A stretch of DNA of 63,999 nucleotides, filler included, from Sphacelaria rigidula (lineage: Eukaryota): NCBI GenBank assembly GCA_964200075.2. It is 5 parts of 5 records of this genome, joined end to end, with 100 filler letters (N's around TTAATTAATTAA, not from the genome) between each part and the next. Parts side by side here need not be neighbours in the genome. Positions count along the whole stretch, not along the records: positions 1 to 12,742 come from CAXNAA020003456.1; positions 12,843 to 25,580 come from CAXNAA020003457.1; 3 more parts are not named here. One strand, written 5' to 3'. Shown here piece by piece: positions 11,763 through 24,631 of this stretch (position 1 is its first letter; the number at the start of each line of letters is the position of its first letter). Under the pieces are notes generated by a model that had not been told where the DNA came from, ran no database searches, and worked only from the letters and a program-made list of their open reading frames with translations. Both the position numbers and the translations under genes were made by a program.

Positions 11763-12742
11763 AAGTAATTCCCCTCTTTTCGTTATGAATTAGGTGAAAA
11801 AAGACTTTTATCGCTTTGATTTTGTTATTCTTCTTTGTTTTCTTTTCCTTTAGGTGGTGGAGAACGAACAAAAGGGAAGGAAAAAATGTACACCCCTGGT
11901 GGCGACCTCTTGGTTGGTTGATAAGTTGGTGGTACTACTTCTCGAGTAATTAAGAATCCGTCTTTTTCTTCTTCCTCGAAAAAAATATTTTTTTCTTCGT
12001 TTTGAGAAGACGCTCTTGCTTCCCCCCCTTTCGGGAGGAAGGAAGTAGCTGTCTGCTCGCGAAGGGTATGAGTGAGATGTGTTGGGTTGCGGTTGTTCCA
12101 AAGATATTTTGTGGTCCGGTTGTTTTTTTTCCCTCGGAACGACGGTGGCGGGTGTCGAAACCAAGTTCTCGGAATGTTTGCAACGGGGCGTTTTGCTTTT
12201 TACCTCTTGCTTTGGGGAGAGGAGAAAGTGTAGCTGTTTTCCTATTTTGTTTTGTCATTCGTTCGTTTGCGTCCCTCGCTTCCTCTGTCCTCGAGCAAGC
12301 ATGGGTTATTGGTGAATAGGGGGAGGGGGGCGGGGGGGGGGGGGGGGGAGGATGGGCTGATTGCCCTACTGCCTTTGCACTGGTCCATTTACCAATGCTG
12401 TTCGTGACCGTGGTAAGCGAGCTAGTTGTGTTTAAGAGCCCTCTACATTAGGTAGGCGACTGTTTCGCTCTTGTGTTTTCTTGTAAAGTTATCGGCGTCT
12501 CTTGATGACACGTTTGATCTTTTTGCGGTAAAGAGGAGGTCCATGAATTTGGGCAAGGGGGAGCGTAAGGAACCCCAGCGCAGGAAAACAGATGGACAAA
12601 TCGTTTTATTACTTTTCTTTACTCTTCTCGTCCTTTCCCACTGTTCACTCGAAGACTTGAATTTATCAATAAAGAAGTGGTTGAAAAAATCGACTCTTTT
12701 CGAGATGCCCATTGTATGCAGTGTTTGTGGAGAGGGAGATTG

Positions 12743-12842
12743 NNNNNNNNNNNNNNNNNNNNNNNNNNNNNNNNNNNNNNNNNNNNTTAATTAATTAANN
12801 NNNNNNNNNNNNNNNNNNNNNNNNNNNNNNNNNNNNNNNNNN
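12743..12842. other. Artificial spacer (N44-TTAATTAATTAA-N44)
   Basis: N runs around a six-frame stop linker; identical to the other three spacers. Confidence 0.97.
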
Positions 12843-14407
12843 ATCAACATGTTTCTCCCTTTGGGGCAATCAGGCCGAAGAAATCGTGAATTTGGTGATG
12901 TTGAGTCGTGATGATTTGTCCTAACCGTGCTTTCCATCGAGTGTCTTCATGAATTGATCGGCGAGATGAAGCTTTGAAGCTTTTACGACGGAGAGGCGTG
13001 CGGTGCATACGTTTTCACGGAGTTGAACAAGCAAGAGGCCAGGTTTGTTTTAGACGTGTTGGGTACTTATTTATTTCTAGCTTAGGGGTGATGTACTGTT
13101 CGGCTGTTGCATTCCGTTGCGCAGGTGTTGAACGTACATAGAGTGCATTTTGTATGTACCGTGTCTCGGACGAGAGAGGCGATTAATCCCGAATGCTTTG
13201 GAATTTGACGTTCGCTGGCGTTTCAGGTTTTCGTTGCCGATGTAAAATCGAGAGACTTGTTTTGGGCAAGGGTTTTAGAATTGGGCGCTAACCAACGCTT
13301 TTGTCACTCGGAGTGGTGAAAGCAGCGTGATCGTGTGTTCATGATGGACGATGTTCTTGGATTTCTTGAGAGCTGCTCGGAAATGGGGCAAGCTTGTACG
13401 GAGCTGTAAGCCTATGTAGAGCTGTTATCGAAGACAGCGGCAGGGAGTGCTTTTTTTACGTGGAAAACGACAGTAGTACCAGGCAACAATGATGTCTGAG
13501 TTATGTCAAGCTCTAATGTGATCACCTGTCGGTAGTTAAAGACCTTTGGGGGTGCCGTAGACTCTAGCCACTATTTGTTACCTAGGTTGGGGATATTATA
13601 TAGTGCAGCAACGCGCTGTAGGCGTTTACCGCTGGTTGATGGATCACGGGTCTTCGGTTCTGACCGGTGGACTCTGTGGGTGTTTTGTCGCCGCAAGGTT
13701 TGAGGTTGCTTCTTACTCCGGTGGAGAAGGGCTATGGTCCTGTTCTCCTGTACTATGAACAGCAGAGGGTGAATACATGAATATCTCAAGCTGCTGAAGT
13801 CCATGTGCCCGTGATGGGAGGGGGTCCACATAGCTGTCTGATATTGAGCGGCAGAGGTCTATAGGCCGCAGGTTTTAGTGATGCTGAATACATGAACATG
13901 TGATAATGATGATCAACTGGAGTTTGTTCGCTGTTGGTCGCTTTCAGTCTCAATACACCAGGAAACAGGTCTGCTGCTGTTGCCGACATAATAATCCGCT
14001 ACACCAAAAAGTCGGAATCCACCTCATTTCAACTTCGAGTACGATTTCGATTTTCGAGAAGACACGCCGTAAGCGCGCGCATGGGGGAGCAAACAGTGAG
14101 ATGAGCGCACCGGGAACCAAAAGACAAGACGGTCTGACGTAGTCAGAAAACAACAGAGGCAAAACCAAGACGCTTAAATCCTATAAAAATATGCACGCTA
14201 CAGACCAAATCTCCGGAACACCCAGAACACAAGTCACGTCGGAACAACACACCAAAAAGGAAACGACACATCTGCATTATCCCAAAACCCCCGAATGCCG
14301 AGTACCATGGAGCTTCTCTCTCACCCTCCCCAGAGTCTCCCTGTAAAAAGTATAATACAAGGGACGGGGGGGGGGGGTGAAAAAAATATACTGAGAAAAT
14401 TCCAAAC

Positions 14408-17113
14408 CTTGGTGAGAAGTCACTGTAGGGGCTGATATAGGCGAAGCACTCCTCGCATCGCGCCACAAGATCGATGGGTACGGGAGGAGGCGCCTCCCGT
14501 TCGTCGCCGTACAGGGACTCAGCGTCCAGGAAAGGAGACACGCAACATGCCCATGGCGCGCCGGCTGCATCTTTTACCGCAGCTGCGATGACGAAGCGAA
14601 ACGAAGGGAAGCGAAACGGCACCACGTGGACACGAAACGGTTTTGTACACGGAATAAAGCGGTACACCGTGAGCGGGACGGCACGAACGGGAAGGGTACA
14701 TGCACAAGTACGAAGTGCGCGATGATAGTACACGACGACTTCGTAGGTATTATTGTTGTTGACGTTGTTGTTGTTTTCATATTAAAAATCGCTCCGATAT
14801 CTGCGCGGTACTTCCTACTTCCGTACGGGGCATATGATGCGAACACCTCTACAATAGTGATCAAGTATTTGACACGTCAGACAGCTCATGAGCTAGCTCA
14901 TCTGCTGGTTTAGCTCACTTGTAGACAAATCATGTACATGTGAGCTACAGTACACCTGACAGCCCACTCAGGGTAAACGTGCGCTGAACTATGAACTACA
15001 GGTTGGTAGCTCACCTAGGACAAACGTGTGTAGCTCATGTAGCTCATGTAGCTCTCACAGCTCACCTAGGGCGAATATGCGCTCATGAGCTACGGGTCGG
15101 TAGCTCACCCACGGCAAACATGCGTAGCTCACGTAGCTCTCATAGCTCACCCCAGGGAAAACATGTGTAGCTCGTGTAGCCCTCATAGCGCAGTAGGGAG
15201 CTACACTAAAAAAGAGCTATTCATAGATCAAGCTACGCGGAGCTGATCTCTCCGACGTATGAAATATGTATAGAAGTGAGTCATCCAAGATGGAAATCAC
15301 CGAGAAAATGGCCGGCTTCGTACCCGACTACGCATGAATGCGAGAGAATAGGCTAACACGAAAGTGATGTACCCCTGTCTTTCCCTATCGGTTGTTGATT
15401 TTGTTGCTGGTCGGTGATTCTAGGGTGCTTCCTAGTGTGTGTTCATATCTGATCCACTGACTGTACTGTATCCTTTGGGTTTCATCACTTTCGTAGTCTC
15501 CTTCTCTGTTCTCTCCTCCTTTCCCCCATCACTCTCTCTACTTGTATGTTTTTTCCTCCCAGTGTACGCAAGTAGCAGTATGGTGCCTCGCCTCCGTAGG
15601 TTTCATGGATAACAGCTCCACACCCAAATAGTGAGGTTGAAATGGATGAGCCAGCCGCAATCTGTTCTCTCGGCTTTTTGTTTTTTCAAGATTGGGTATG
15701 AGTGAGGTGGTTGCGCAAGACCTTTCAACCGAAGCCATGTGGCAAAGGCCGGCCATTTCTAGTTTTCTTTTCTTGTCTATTTTGTTCTGATCTTCATTTC
15801 TTCTTCTTCGCCACCTCTTACCTTGTGTTTTAGTCTGCTCTGTTCTACATTCATGTTTCCTTGTTTTTCTTCACCGAGTGCTGACATCTTTTCTTTATCT
15901 CGGTTCCATCTATCCTGTGACTACGGCTGGATCCCTGGGTGATCAGCTCAAGTGCGACAATCAATCAATCATCTCATGCCATCAATCAACCAATTAGAGA
16001 AAACGACCCAAGAAAAAATACCGCGGACACGATACATTCAAAATACACGATAATGGCCGTATAAGATCCGACGTGGCAGGCGACCATTCGAACTGTTCGA
16101 GATACAGTAGAGCCCAACGCTCGTGAAGTTGTGGGACAAAAATGTGGAGTTTTATTCATAACGTACGGATGTACACCGTCTCAAAGACGTGAACCGGCAC
16201 CGAGAGAACGAAACGGCAGTGATACACGGCTGGGGTGAAACAGCCTTTCACTGCATGCCGTAACCAGGACCGTAAGTCCGTCGTATTTATGTATTTTTGC
16301 TATTGCACTCGTTCGGTGTACCCACCATGTTACGATGTTTCAGCATGCAATAGGCGTGGGATATCGTAACAGCCCATGTTATGGAGTACAACAAACCCGA
16401 CCAAGGCACAAGTCCAGTCATCACACCGCAGAGTACGTCAAACAGAATGTATTCAGGTCGTGTCTTCCACAGACCAAAAAAGGAAGCAGGAAAGGAACAA
16501 GTGTCCGAAAGCAGCACATTGACAAGTCACCCCAACCCGCCCGGCAATCAATCAACATGTTGCTTTTGGATGCTTGGTCTTTCCCCGGCCTTTCTTCCTT
16601 GTCTCGGTAAGACACGGCCTCACCGCACGTTGACCCATCTCAGATGTCGAAACCATCGATAAATATATTCAGTTCCACCGCTTCTGGCTTATGCATAATG
16701 GAACAAATATGCGGTGAACAGCACGAACTTCCACGCCGTGCGGACAAATCAGCACGCAGCAAGAAGCGGAGCGATTTTGTATCCCCCATCAATGTTTGGC
16801 ATCCCCTGACAGGTTTACCCCAAAATCTCACTACAGTATGCGAACTCAACCTATGGATACGTGGCATGGGTCGATGGAATGGGATACGTGGGAGATGGTA
16901 CTGTCTGTAACCGCCGTCGGTTAAGGGTTATCATGTACAGTCATTTATGTTCTAAATACTTTTGACCTATGGGCTCACCGCACCTGACTGCGGAAACACT
17001 TGTAAAGTGTATCGGATGGGCTCGTCGTTGGGAAAGAGATAAGGGACACTCCGCTCCTCCTCGCTATCTCTCTCTTGATCACTGTCATGCTCATTGTGAT
17101 GCTCCATCTCCAT
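14408..17113 (-). CDS. Sec23/Sec24-family (COPII) protein, first two exons including the start of the zinc finger; the rest probably lies beyond the segment
   Basis: Exon 1 17113-16984 (MEMEHHN...EPIRYTLQVFPQS, donor GTGCGG) and exon 2 14582-14408 (AAVKDAAGAPWACCVSPF...DLVARCEECFAYISPYSDF, donor GTTTGG) are phase-compatible. The joined sequence matches the Sec23/24 pattern IRxTxxxFP...PWxxxVxPF...RCxxCxAYxxP. Confidence 0.8.
14871..15261. mobile_element. AGCTCA-rich non-autonomous TIR element (hAT-like), copy 1
   Basis: Ends GACACGTCAGACAG and CTCTCCGACGTATG. The flanks AAGTATTT and AAATATGT resemble a degenerate 8-bp TSD. Internal TAGCTCA repeats are present and a related copy lies at 35703-35931. 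Confidence 0.65.
15290..15971 (+). mobile_element. 3' remnant of a non-LTR retroposon ending in a (TCAA)n tail
   Basis: A pyrimidine-rich 3'UTR-like tract ends in AAGTGCGACAA(TCAA)n. The same terminus with a longer (TCAA)n tail is at 2270-2304. The 5' boundary is approximate. Confidence 0.5.
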
Positions 17114-17266
17114 TGTCCTTGATCTACAGAGCTGGAAAAGGTGAAGGGTAGTTGTAGACCGTCATGTTCAGGTATGAGAAAAATAGGTGGACGAAAGTGG
17201 AGCACAGTATTTCGGAACACCTTTCGCTCTCCAACACATGTGTCTGCCGTGCCACGGGCGTGGCAT

Positions 17267-19846
17267 ATGGTCATGAGACGGCACTGTTGGCTCAAGCTAC
17301 TACTTGAAGCGCTGCTTTCGACAACAATACTGCTTCTACCAGTGTGCACCACCCGTATCCAAGCATTCACCCTCTTCACACCACCACCGCCGATAACATC
17401 AACATCAAAAACATGTTACAATACTATCTTCGGGATTGCTGCGACAGGACGCATCTCGGCGAGACGCCCAAGATTCCGCAGTACAGGTGTACAGTTCAGG
17501 AAGAGCAGAAGATGAAGATAATTGTTGCTTCAAGGTTATCTTACTGTTCTGGGGAGATCTAATGCCAACTGCATGGTGTCTTTCTTAGAAGTAAAATTCG
17601 CGCAGTGTTGTACATGTCATGTGTAATGTACATGATACGATGCACAGCAGCTAGTTCCGCGTTCGCCGAATACCACCTCCCTCTGCATTCCACCCGGGTG
17701 TCACTTTCGACTATTTTGGCACCATATTGGTACCTTACCACTGTACCGCAAGTGATCGAATAAGATAAAGGGCCCGGAAAATCGTCGCAGGGGGTTGGTT
17801 CCCGGCGATGATGGTCGTAGACACGTATACACCGTCACCCCTGGTGAATGCACTTTGGTGCAGCAGCATGTGATCGCACACGCGTGCGGGGGGGGTGAAG
17901 GGAGGTGCATGGTCCCTTGCGGGATTTCGCAGGCCATTAAGCAGGAGTTCCTACAAAGGAGACTGATTTTCTTGTGTTGCATATCACGGGGGGTTCAGGG
18001 GAGGTACGTCGCCACCCCCCAGTAAAAAAGTCCTTCTCTCGAAAATCTTTTCTGGGGGGGTGGTATCGGGTGGGGTCGTAGGTACAGTATACCCGTTCTG
18101 ATACTCCGTGACGTATGGTGCTGTGCCAAGGCATGTTGTATAACACCCCATTGGATGAGAACTTAGAGCCGTATGTGTTCTGGACTCAGAAACTAGTCAC
18201 TCGCCGGTGTTATAATGTGGTACGTACACGATGAGGCGGATTCTATGGTTCTAGGCTCGTGTATACCTCAAATGTGTCCCAAGTGTCCAGGTCCCTGAAA
18301 CTGACTATTTCACTGTCCCCCCCCTCAAACACAGATAGCGACCACGACAATATGCCATCTCCGTTTGATGCAAGCTCGGGCTTTTCTGAGGATGAAGTGG
18401 CGAAGCGAGAAGCGGAACAGCTGGAGCAGCTTATACGTGGGAGGCGCGGGATCGTGATGGACGTCATCGAGAAAGAGTGGAAGGAGGCCCTGGATTCGGC
18501 CATGGAGACGGAAGGACTTATGTTCTGTTCAACAGCGTATGAGGGTTACCAGACCAACGGACGAGGATGTATTTTTGTGAGTACAGTACTTGCAAGGAAG
18601 GGTCTCACCAATGTGACCACATTCGACCACGGCACAGTGTGCCATTCTATGGTGATTTTTCGTTTGTTTTATTCGTCCGCATCTCATTCGACTGACAATT
18701 GACGATCTGAGGTTCCGGAGGCATGAAATGTACTGCTGCCTTCATACCTGTCTTACGTCGTCACGCGACGGGGCAGCATTCCCGCTCCCTCGTCATTGTT
18801 AAAATGCTGGACAGCGGTATCTGGATTGTGTCAAGCGCCCCCCTCGCCTCTGCAGCAGAATTTCCGCGGGGTACTGCCTTTCAGTTTGAGAAGGAAACGG
18901 CGAACCTGGAAATCGAAATCTCAAACCCTACCGATGCATCGATCTTGTGCTCGGTTCATGGTCAACGGAGACACGGTAGTTTCGCATCGAGGTGAAAGGT
19001 GTCTGCCACAAGTGTTATCGTTATCACAAATCAGTGTCACCGGGGGAGAGATGCGTTGATCCCTTGAGACCACGGACTCGTCCCGAGGAAGGGAAGAGGT
19101 TCAAAGTACGACAAACGAATAAATATACTCAAACTGTCCGGTGTTGGTTGTGTTGGGTTGTTTTCGAGTCGGCTGCCTGCTTGCGTGAGTTGTACCCAAG
19201 ATGCCGCTACTACTCTAGTTACTCTAGTCGATGCGAGGGCCAATGACTTCCTCGCTTACACGGGAGGAGTACGCATGGAATTTACGCATGGGACACTCTT
19301 GGGGTCAAGCAAAACGGATTGCCCCAAGTATTTTCGGAGTATTGTATTTCGCTCTGTACAGTTGTTGCTGTTGGCTTTGCAACAGGTTTGTAAGCGTTTC
19401 GGATACAAACCGCGGTATAACCGCAATGCTTCAGGGCTGGGAAGATCGAACTTTTACGGCAGACACTACTCCGTCCGGTGTATCACGCGCCACGTCCATC
19501 CCAGGTGCATATCGCCTTTCACGCGTGGTACGTGATAGTCGAAACCACAAATCGGTCAGGCTCCGATATTGCAGAGTGCATGTAGCCAGAAAACAACCGG
19601 GTCCATCGTCTTGTGCACTCAGCAACCATGTTTCTGTCGTACGGGATACCCTTTCGTACATGTTACAAACCACGCAAGGTGAACGTAGACATGGGGCTCA
19701 GCAGCAATAACCAGGGGCACAGGAAGACGGCCGGGTCCCACGTGGTGTATAAGTCGCTGGAAGAGGTCGTCCTGGAACGATCGGGAAGGGTGAAGCCGGA
19801 AGACCACATGCAGATCATACAGCGCTGTCAGGAGTATGATCCAGAG
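17267..19846 (+). CDS. Probable plastid-targeted protein with a CcmS-like core; exons 1-3, last exon(s) not located
   Basis: Exons 17267-17486, 18335-18576 and 19679-19846 are GT-AG and phase-compatible. The N-terminus has a hydrophobic signal, then QAF and a Ser/Thr/Arg-rich transit-like region. Core: EWKEALDSAMETEGLMFCSTAYEGYQTNGRGCIFVNVD...SHVVYKSLEE...MQIIQRCQEYDPE. The gene model is well supported; the family call is by eye only. Confidence 0.7.
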
Positions 19847-20272
19847 GTGAGAAATGGAACCATGCTGAACGGCGAACCGCAGCGGACCAAAACGGACCGG
19901 AATGGCCAAACGAAACGAAGTGGAATGTAGAGAGTCGGAGAAGGTCGGGCAGATATAGGGGCGATTGTGTCTACGCGGAGGCATGTGACTTCATGCGTGG
20001 ATGTAAGCGTATTTGAGGAGACATGAACAGTTCGTGCGTCCCTGATTCGCATGTTGAAGCGACTGAAAGTACAAGAACACCGCGTCAGTTTGTGCCATTG
20101 TTACCGGTTGCGGGGCGTGATTGCAGCGTTGCATCTTCAGGCGACATAGGAATAAGTTCATTATCATAGTCCGAGCCGTTTGAAAATTGTACGGTGGAAC
20201 CCTATCGAGCTAATGAGAAAAAATGCACTGCATGCAATCCGGCATATCTCGACTCCACACGGTATTGCACGG

Positions 20273-22230
20273 TTATCCGAAACGATGTTGCGGTTTTTGC
20301 ACACATGATACGAGTACACTTTTTATGCTGATGTTTGTAGACAGCTGAGGTGAAGTGGTGCCGTTGGACGGATGGGTTGGCAGTCTTTGGGATGCAAGGT
20401 ATTTGCTCCCGAGAAAGCCGACGCTGAGCAATTCATCCAGTAAGGTTGCTATACTGTCTTCCATTTGTGGCCACGAGTGTGAAGGATCCGCGACTTGCGC
20501 AGCGGCCGCGATACCTGCTGGCTCTGCGTTAAAATCTTCCCAGTTATCTTCAAGCTATAGGCATCCTGTGTAGGTCATAATTACGTGCGATGTCGCACGG
20601 TGCCGTGCTGTGTAGCCAAAAGTGGTTTGTCTCGAAGCTCGATTCGCTGCAGTACTTTCGAGTGCTTGCACGACACCGGCGTTGCGTGAGCTCCCATCAC
20701 GTTGCCACCATGGCGGGTTGACAACCCACTGATTTATGGGAAATCGAACCAGCGAGAACTAGGTATCACTCTTTCCGGCATGGCCGTGTCTGTCGGTTGC
20801 TTGCTTCCACATATCTACTGTGGTTCTCGATTGCAAATCTCTGAATCTTGTTCGTGGAACTTTCAAGTCGCTTTTGATCCCATGCCTCGCCTGGTGTGGC
20901 ACCCTCCGTTCTTTGAACCTCGAGGTTAGCTCACGGTCAGCGCAACAGTGCCCTCGACATGAGTCGCTGAGGTTTGTAGACCTAACTGATCTATGTCTCT
21001 CTTCCCACATGTTTTCTTCTATCTGCGCTTTCTTGTGCGTACTGATGTATAGGCAGGGTTCGTGATGGTGTTCGGCCACAAGGGACTCCTTGGCGTACAT
21101 GTCATGCGACCATCGCGTCCGCCGAGGCAGGTGTATCACTCTCGACAAGCTATGGGCGACAGGAACGACACGGATACTCTGCAGTAATGTCATGAGAGAA
21201 ATCTACGGGCATGTCGCGGGAGACCTGTGCTGTAAGACAAGCTCATCTCGAGCATGATTTTGTCGACCGGTCGTTCAAGCTCGATGGTTTGATACACGGT
21301 CATGCCCGTGGCCTGTGGTGCACGAGTCCAATGTGCACTGGAAGTACAGAGAATGTTCTTCTCGTCTCGTAGGTGGTTAGTGGAGAAGGCATGTGCACCG
21401 GGTTGGCGTTTAAAGCCAAAGAACCATGCATTTCCTTGTCTGAATATTATCGGTCGTTTCTTCCCCATGTGTGCAATGTACTGGAGTGGGTTCTTCGAAA
21501 ATAGCGTGGACCGGACCGGGCTGCAAGCAATCATCGAGCTTGAGTGCTCAGCCACATCATATTGCCATTCGGGCCCGAGTCGCGTATCCCAATGAGGGCG
21601 ATCGGGTACGATCGTCAGGAGGCCCTTGTATCTATCATGTTTGCTACCGTGAAGCCGCTGCAGGGGAATTCCGCACGAGCGTGTGCGGTGTCTCTTCTCC
21701 CTTCTCTGCACCAGATAATATGGGTCCGCCGTGAATTTAAGTCGCTCATCCCATAACCTTGCGCGTGTAAGTACAGGATCTGAAGGAAGAGAATATTCTG
21801 TCAGGACAGATGGTATCGCTTGCACGCCCAACCCTTGCAATAACTCTCTCGTTCCCACTTGGTGCACTGTTCGTTCAATATCAGTCATATATTGTAAGAA
21901 AACAAAGCACACGCGCATACACGGTGAAGTACCCTACTCCAGTGCGCGTTCTGTAGGTCGCAAGATCCATTCCCAGGAAGATCTGTCTCCAATGCCAACC
22001 CGAGAAAGACCCGGCATTATCCTGGAAATCACACAACTCCACGTGTGTTCAGTGAGTGATCCGCGCTTCAGTTCCATTAGACCACCGACCGTCTTTATTG
22101 CAAAATCAATGATGGATTGCAGAGTACAATCTCACTTCTCCTCGAAGAACAAGCGGGTCATTGGTCGGCACTTCAACAAAAGGTCCATATTCATGGTATC
22201 TGTCCTGCCATCCTTCGCACGCCCACCTCG
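20273..22230 (-). CDS. Unknown multi-exon gene, antisense to and downstream of (or within an intron of) the CcmS-like gene
   Basis: A 242-codon open frame at 21918-21190 reads as protein. Splice-bounded exon candidates lie near 22225-22136 and 22022-21932. A terminal exon candidate at about 20556-20273 starts tatag|LEDNWEDFNAEPAG...TLLDELLSVGFLG. The exact exon chain is not resolved. Confidence 0.45.
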
Positions 22231-23556
22231 CGCTGAAGCCCACCTCTAATTGCCGCTAATATGGGGGAAGCACACAATATACCGCCGGTGTTATCCCCTA
22301 AAAATCACCCGTCTCCGAACCCACCAAATTCCATCTAGCTCTAGGGGCCATGTCTTGGAAGTGGGCGCAGCCGCGAATGAGGCACCCAGAGAAATGGAGT
22401 ACATGTACGACACATATCGTTTATTATATGTCTTCTCCGCACTTCACGGAAAGGACCCGTCTCTCATCATGAACCTGGTTTTCGTCAGCCAGTTTCATGC
22501 ACACTTTTCACTTTCCCGCTTTCGCTGCGGCTATGGTTGCGCATAATTGTGATAGTCTCCGCCGTCTGTGCACGCAACCCGATTTCACGCCAGTAGCCTC
22601 TTCTTCCCCCGACCGTCAGGCAACTCACGTGTAAGCTGTAGACAATATAATTAGTCTTCGTGCGCGATCTCTTGGGCGTGGTAAAGGGTGAATATGGTAC
22701 CATTGCAAAGGTCATCCTTCCCCACGCCCAACAGATTGCGCACGGAAATCCCATCTGTTATCGCGTATAGCTTTCACACCACCACTACTTGCTTGACGAT
22801 CAGGGGATGGAGGATGTTGGCAGGGAATTTCTCGCGTGCGCAGACGGCGAAGAACAATTGCAACGAGTGATGATGGACACTGTGACGAATAGTGGCTCTA
22901 AGTTGGAATATGAATCCACCGTGAAACGCGGATATGATGGAATCGGAGAGTCATGCCGATATATTTTCCCGGCTGCGTCCCTCGTGACCAGGACAGCACA
23001 AATCTGATGTTTCGTCGAGAGGTGTGCTTCTGCGCATTCAGCAAAACTGAGCGTGATGATCGATTGGCACTACTTGGATTGAAAGCAGCCCATCCATGCT
23101 GGCGGGCTATTCTCCCCATGAACGGCGGAGATGGTGTTCGACATCGCGTCTTCTCGGTTTCTTTTCCCACAACATGTCTTCTCCGCGAGCTTGACAAGAA
23201 GAACATATATCTGGTACGTTATTTTGCGGAGGGACAGTGTACGAGTTCGGGGGTATCATGGGTGGCCTCATCATGTATCATGTGTGATACTATCTTTTTC
23301 ATCTCCAGGTATATTGGGTAAAACAAATTGTACTGCAAGTCGATGCTTGGTCGATGAATTACATCAACTGTAGCAGATCCAGGAAGAGCCCCAATAACAG
23401 CAAGCTCCAACAAAACGACATCGCAGCAAAGGTGAAGATAGCCCACCAGCACCATCACTCCATCGAAAGCAACGCCGTTCAAATGAAGGGCCGTGCCTCT
23501 AAAGTACCGATGACCGTAGGTGGCATGTGTCTCAGCTGCTATGACGCGTGTATACC

Positions 23557-23905
23557 GCTCGCCCCGGTGGCTCAGTTGGTAGCCTCGAAACCTTCTAATA
23601 ATGGTTGGGTCGCGGGTTCGAATCTCGGAGCGATCTGGGATTTTTTCTCACACAAAGCCCAACAGTGGAGAGCGACTATGTCGTGGGTACACAAAATTCG
23701 ACGTAATGGTCGACGAGGGGAAGGGGCTGCTGGACCCTTGTCGCGAAAAAAAATAAAGCAAGCACCCCAGAGGGAACGTGGAGAGCCAAAATAAACAAAA
23801 AAAAAAGAGCTCCTGTGATGACCTCCCTCCTGGGTGGCCCCGGCTGGTGCGCCCACATATATCGAACGGTGTAGACCGGCGTCCAGATTTGATGGGGCGA
23901 CAACT
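23557..23905 (+). mobile_element. tRNA-derived SINE, copy 2
   Basis: A box TGGCTCAGTTGG (23568-23579) and B box GGTTCGAATC (23615-23624). It shares CTCGGAGCGATCTGGGATTTTTTCTCACAC...GAGAGCGACTATGTCGT...GGTCGACGAGGG with 3441-3790. Confidence 0.75.
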
Positions 23906-24329
23906 GACACTTTTCGAGCACGTCCTCTAGGGCAAAGTACGCTTCGTTCCGTCGTTCCGCCATCATTGCTATCTTACTGTTGTAAGACTGAGCCATAGAG
24001 ATCCTCGCGCTGCCCATTATTTATTTTCAACATTCATCTCGAGGCGTGAATCCATACGACGCGAATATATTCCAAAATGCCTCGCCTGACCCGTGCAGTA
24101 CAGTTTTTCCTAATATTGCACGTTAACGTACTATTATAGTATTGTCGGCCTGTTGGCCGCGCATTCACGTCACGAAATATTCTCCTGTCTTGTCCTTTCC
24201 GACATCAGCGTACGATAATAAAGATGTTCTTTTGCAGCAGACATGTCTTCGTTTTCATTTTTGCATTGTGTAAATAATCGACACAATAGTTTGGATTATT
24301 TCAGTCTGTCACAGCACACGCGGCCATTT

Positions 24330-24631
24330 GGCTACCCCCAAAATTTCTCCAGGTGGGTAAACTTTTCGAGGCTCCAGAGGAATTAAACGCCTCCGGAGGG
24401 GTGCGCGGCCCTGCAGAGGGTATTTTTTTGTTTCCTTCAGAAGGATTAAACGCCTCCGAAAGCTTGATTTGCCTCTGGAGGGCCGCGCATACCCCCAAAT
24501 TCCTCCGGAGGGGTGTGCGGCCCTCCGGGTCGGTAATGTTTGGTTTCCTCCAGAGGGATTGAAGGCCTCCGGAGGCTTTTTTTGCCCCTGGAGGGCCGCG
24601 CGTCCCTCCGGAGGCATTTTGGGGGGTATCC
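24330..24631. mobile_element. MITE with internal CCTCCGGAGG palindromic repeats
   Basis: Terminal inverted repeats GGCTACCCCCAAAAT and ATTTTGGGGGGTATCC; internal repeated CCTCCGGAGG and GCGCGGCCCT units. Confidence 0.55.

Noticed and set aside
12787..12798. TTAATTAATTAA as a piggyBac target or regulatory motif
   Set aside because: It is embedded in N runs and repeated identically four times, so it is an artificial six-frame stop linker.
22789..23007. Candidate fourth exon of the CcmS-like gene (GMEDVGREFLACADG...)
   Set aside because: It has an AG acceptor, but the peptide does not continue the expected hydrophobic strand and it lies within the minus-strand gene region. I could not support it.
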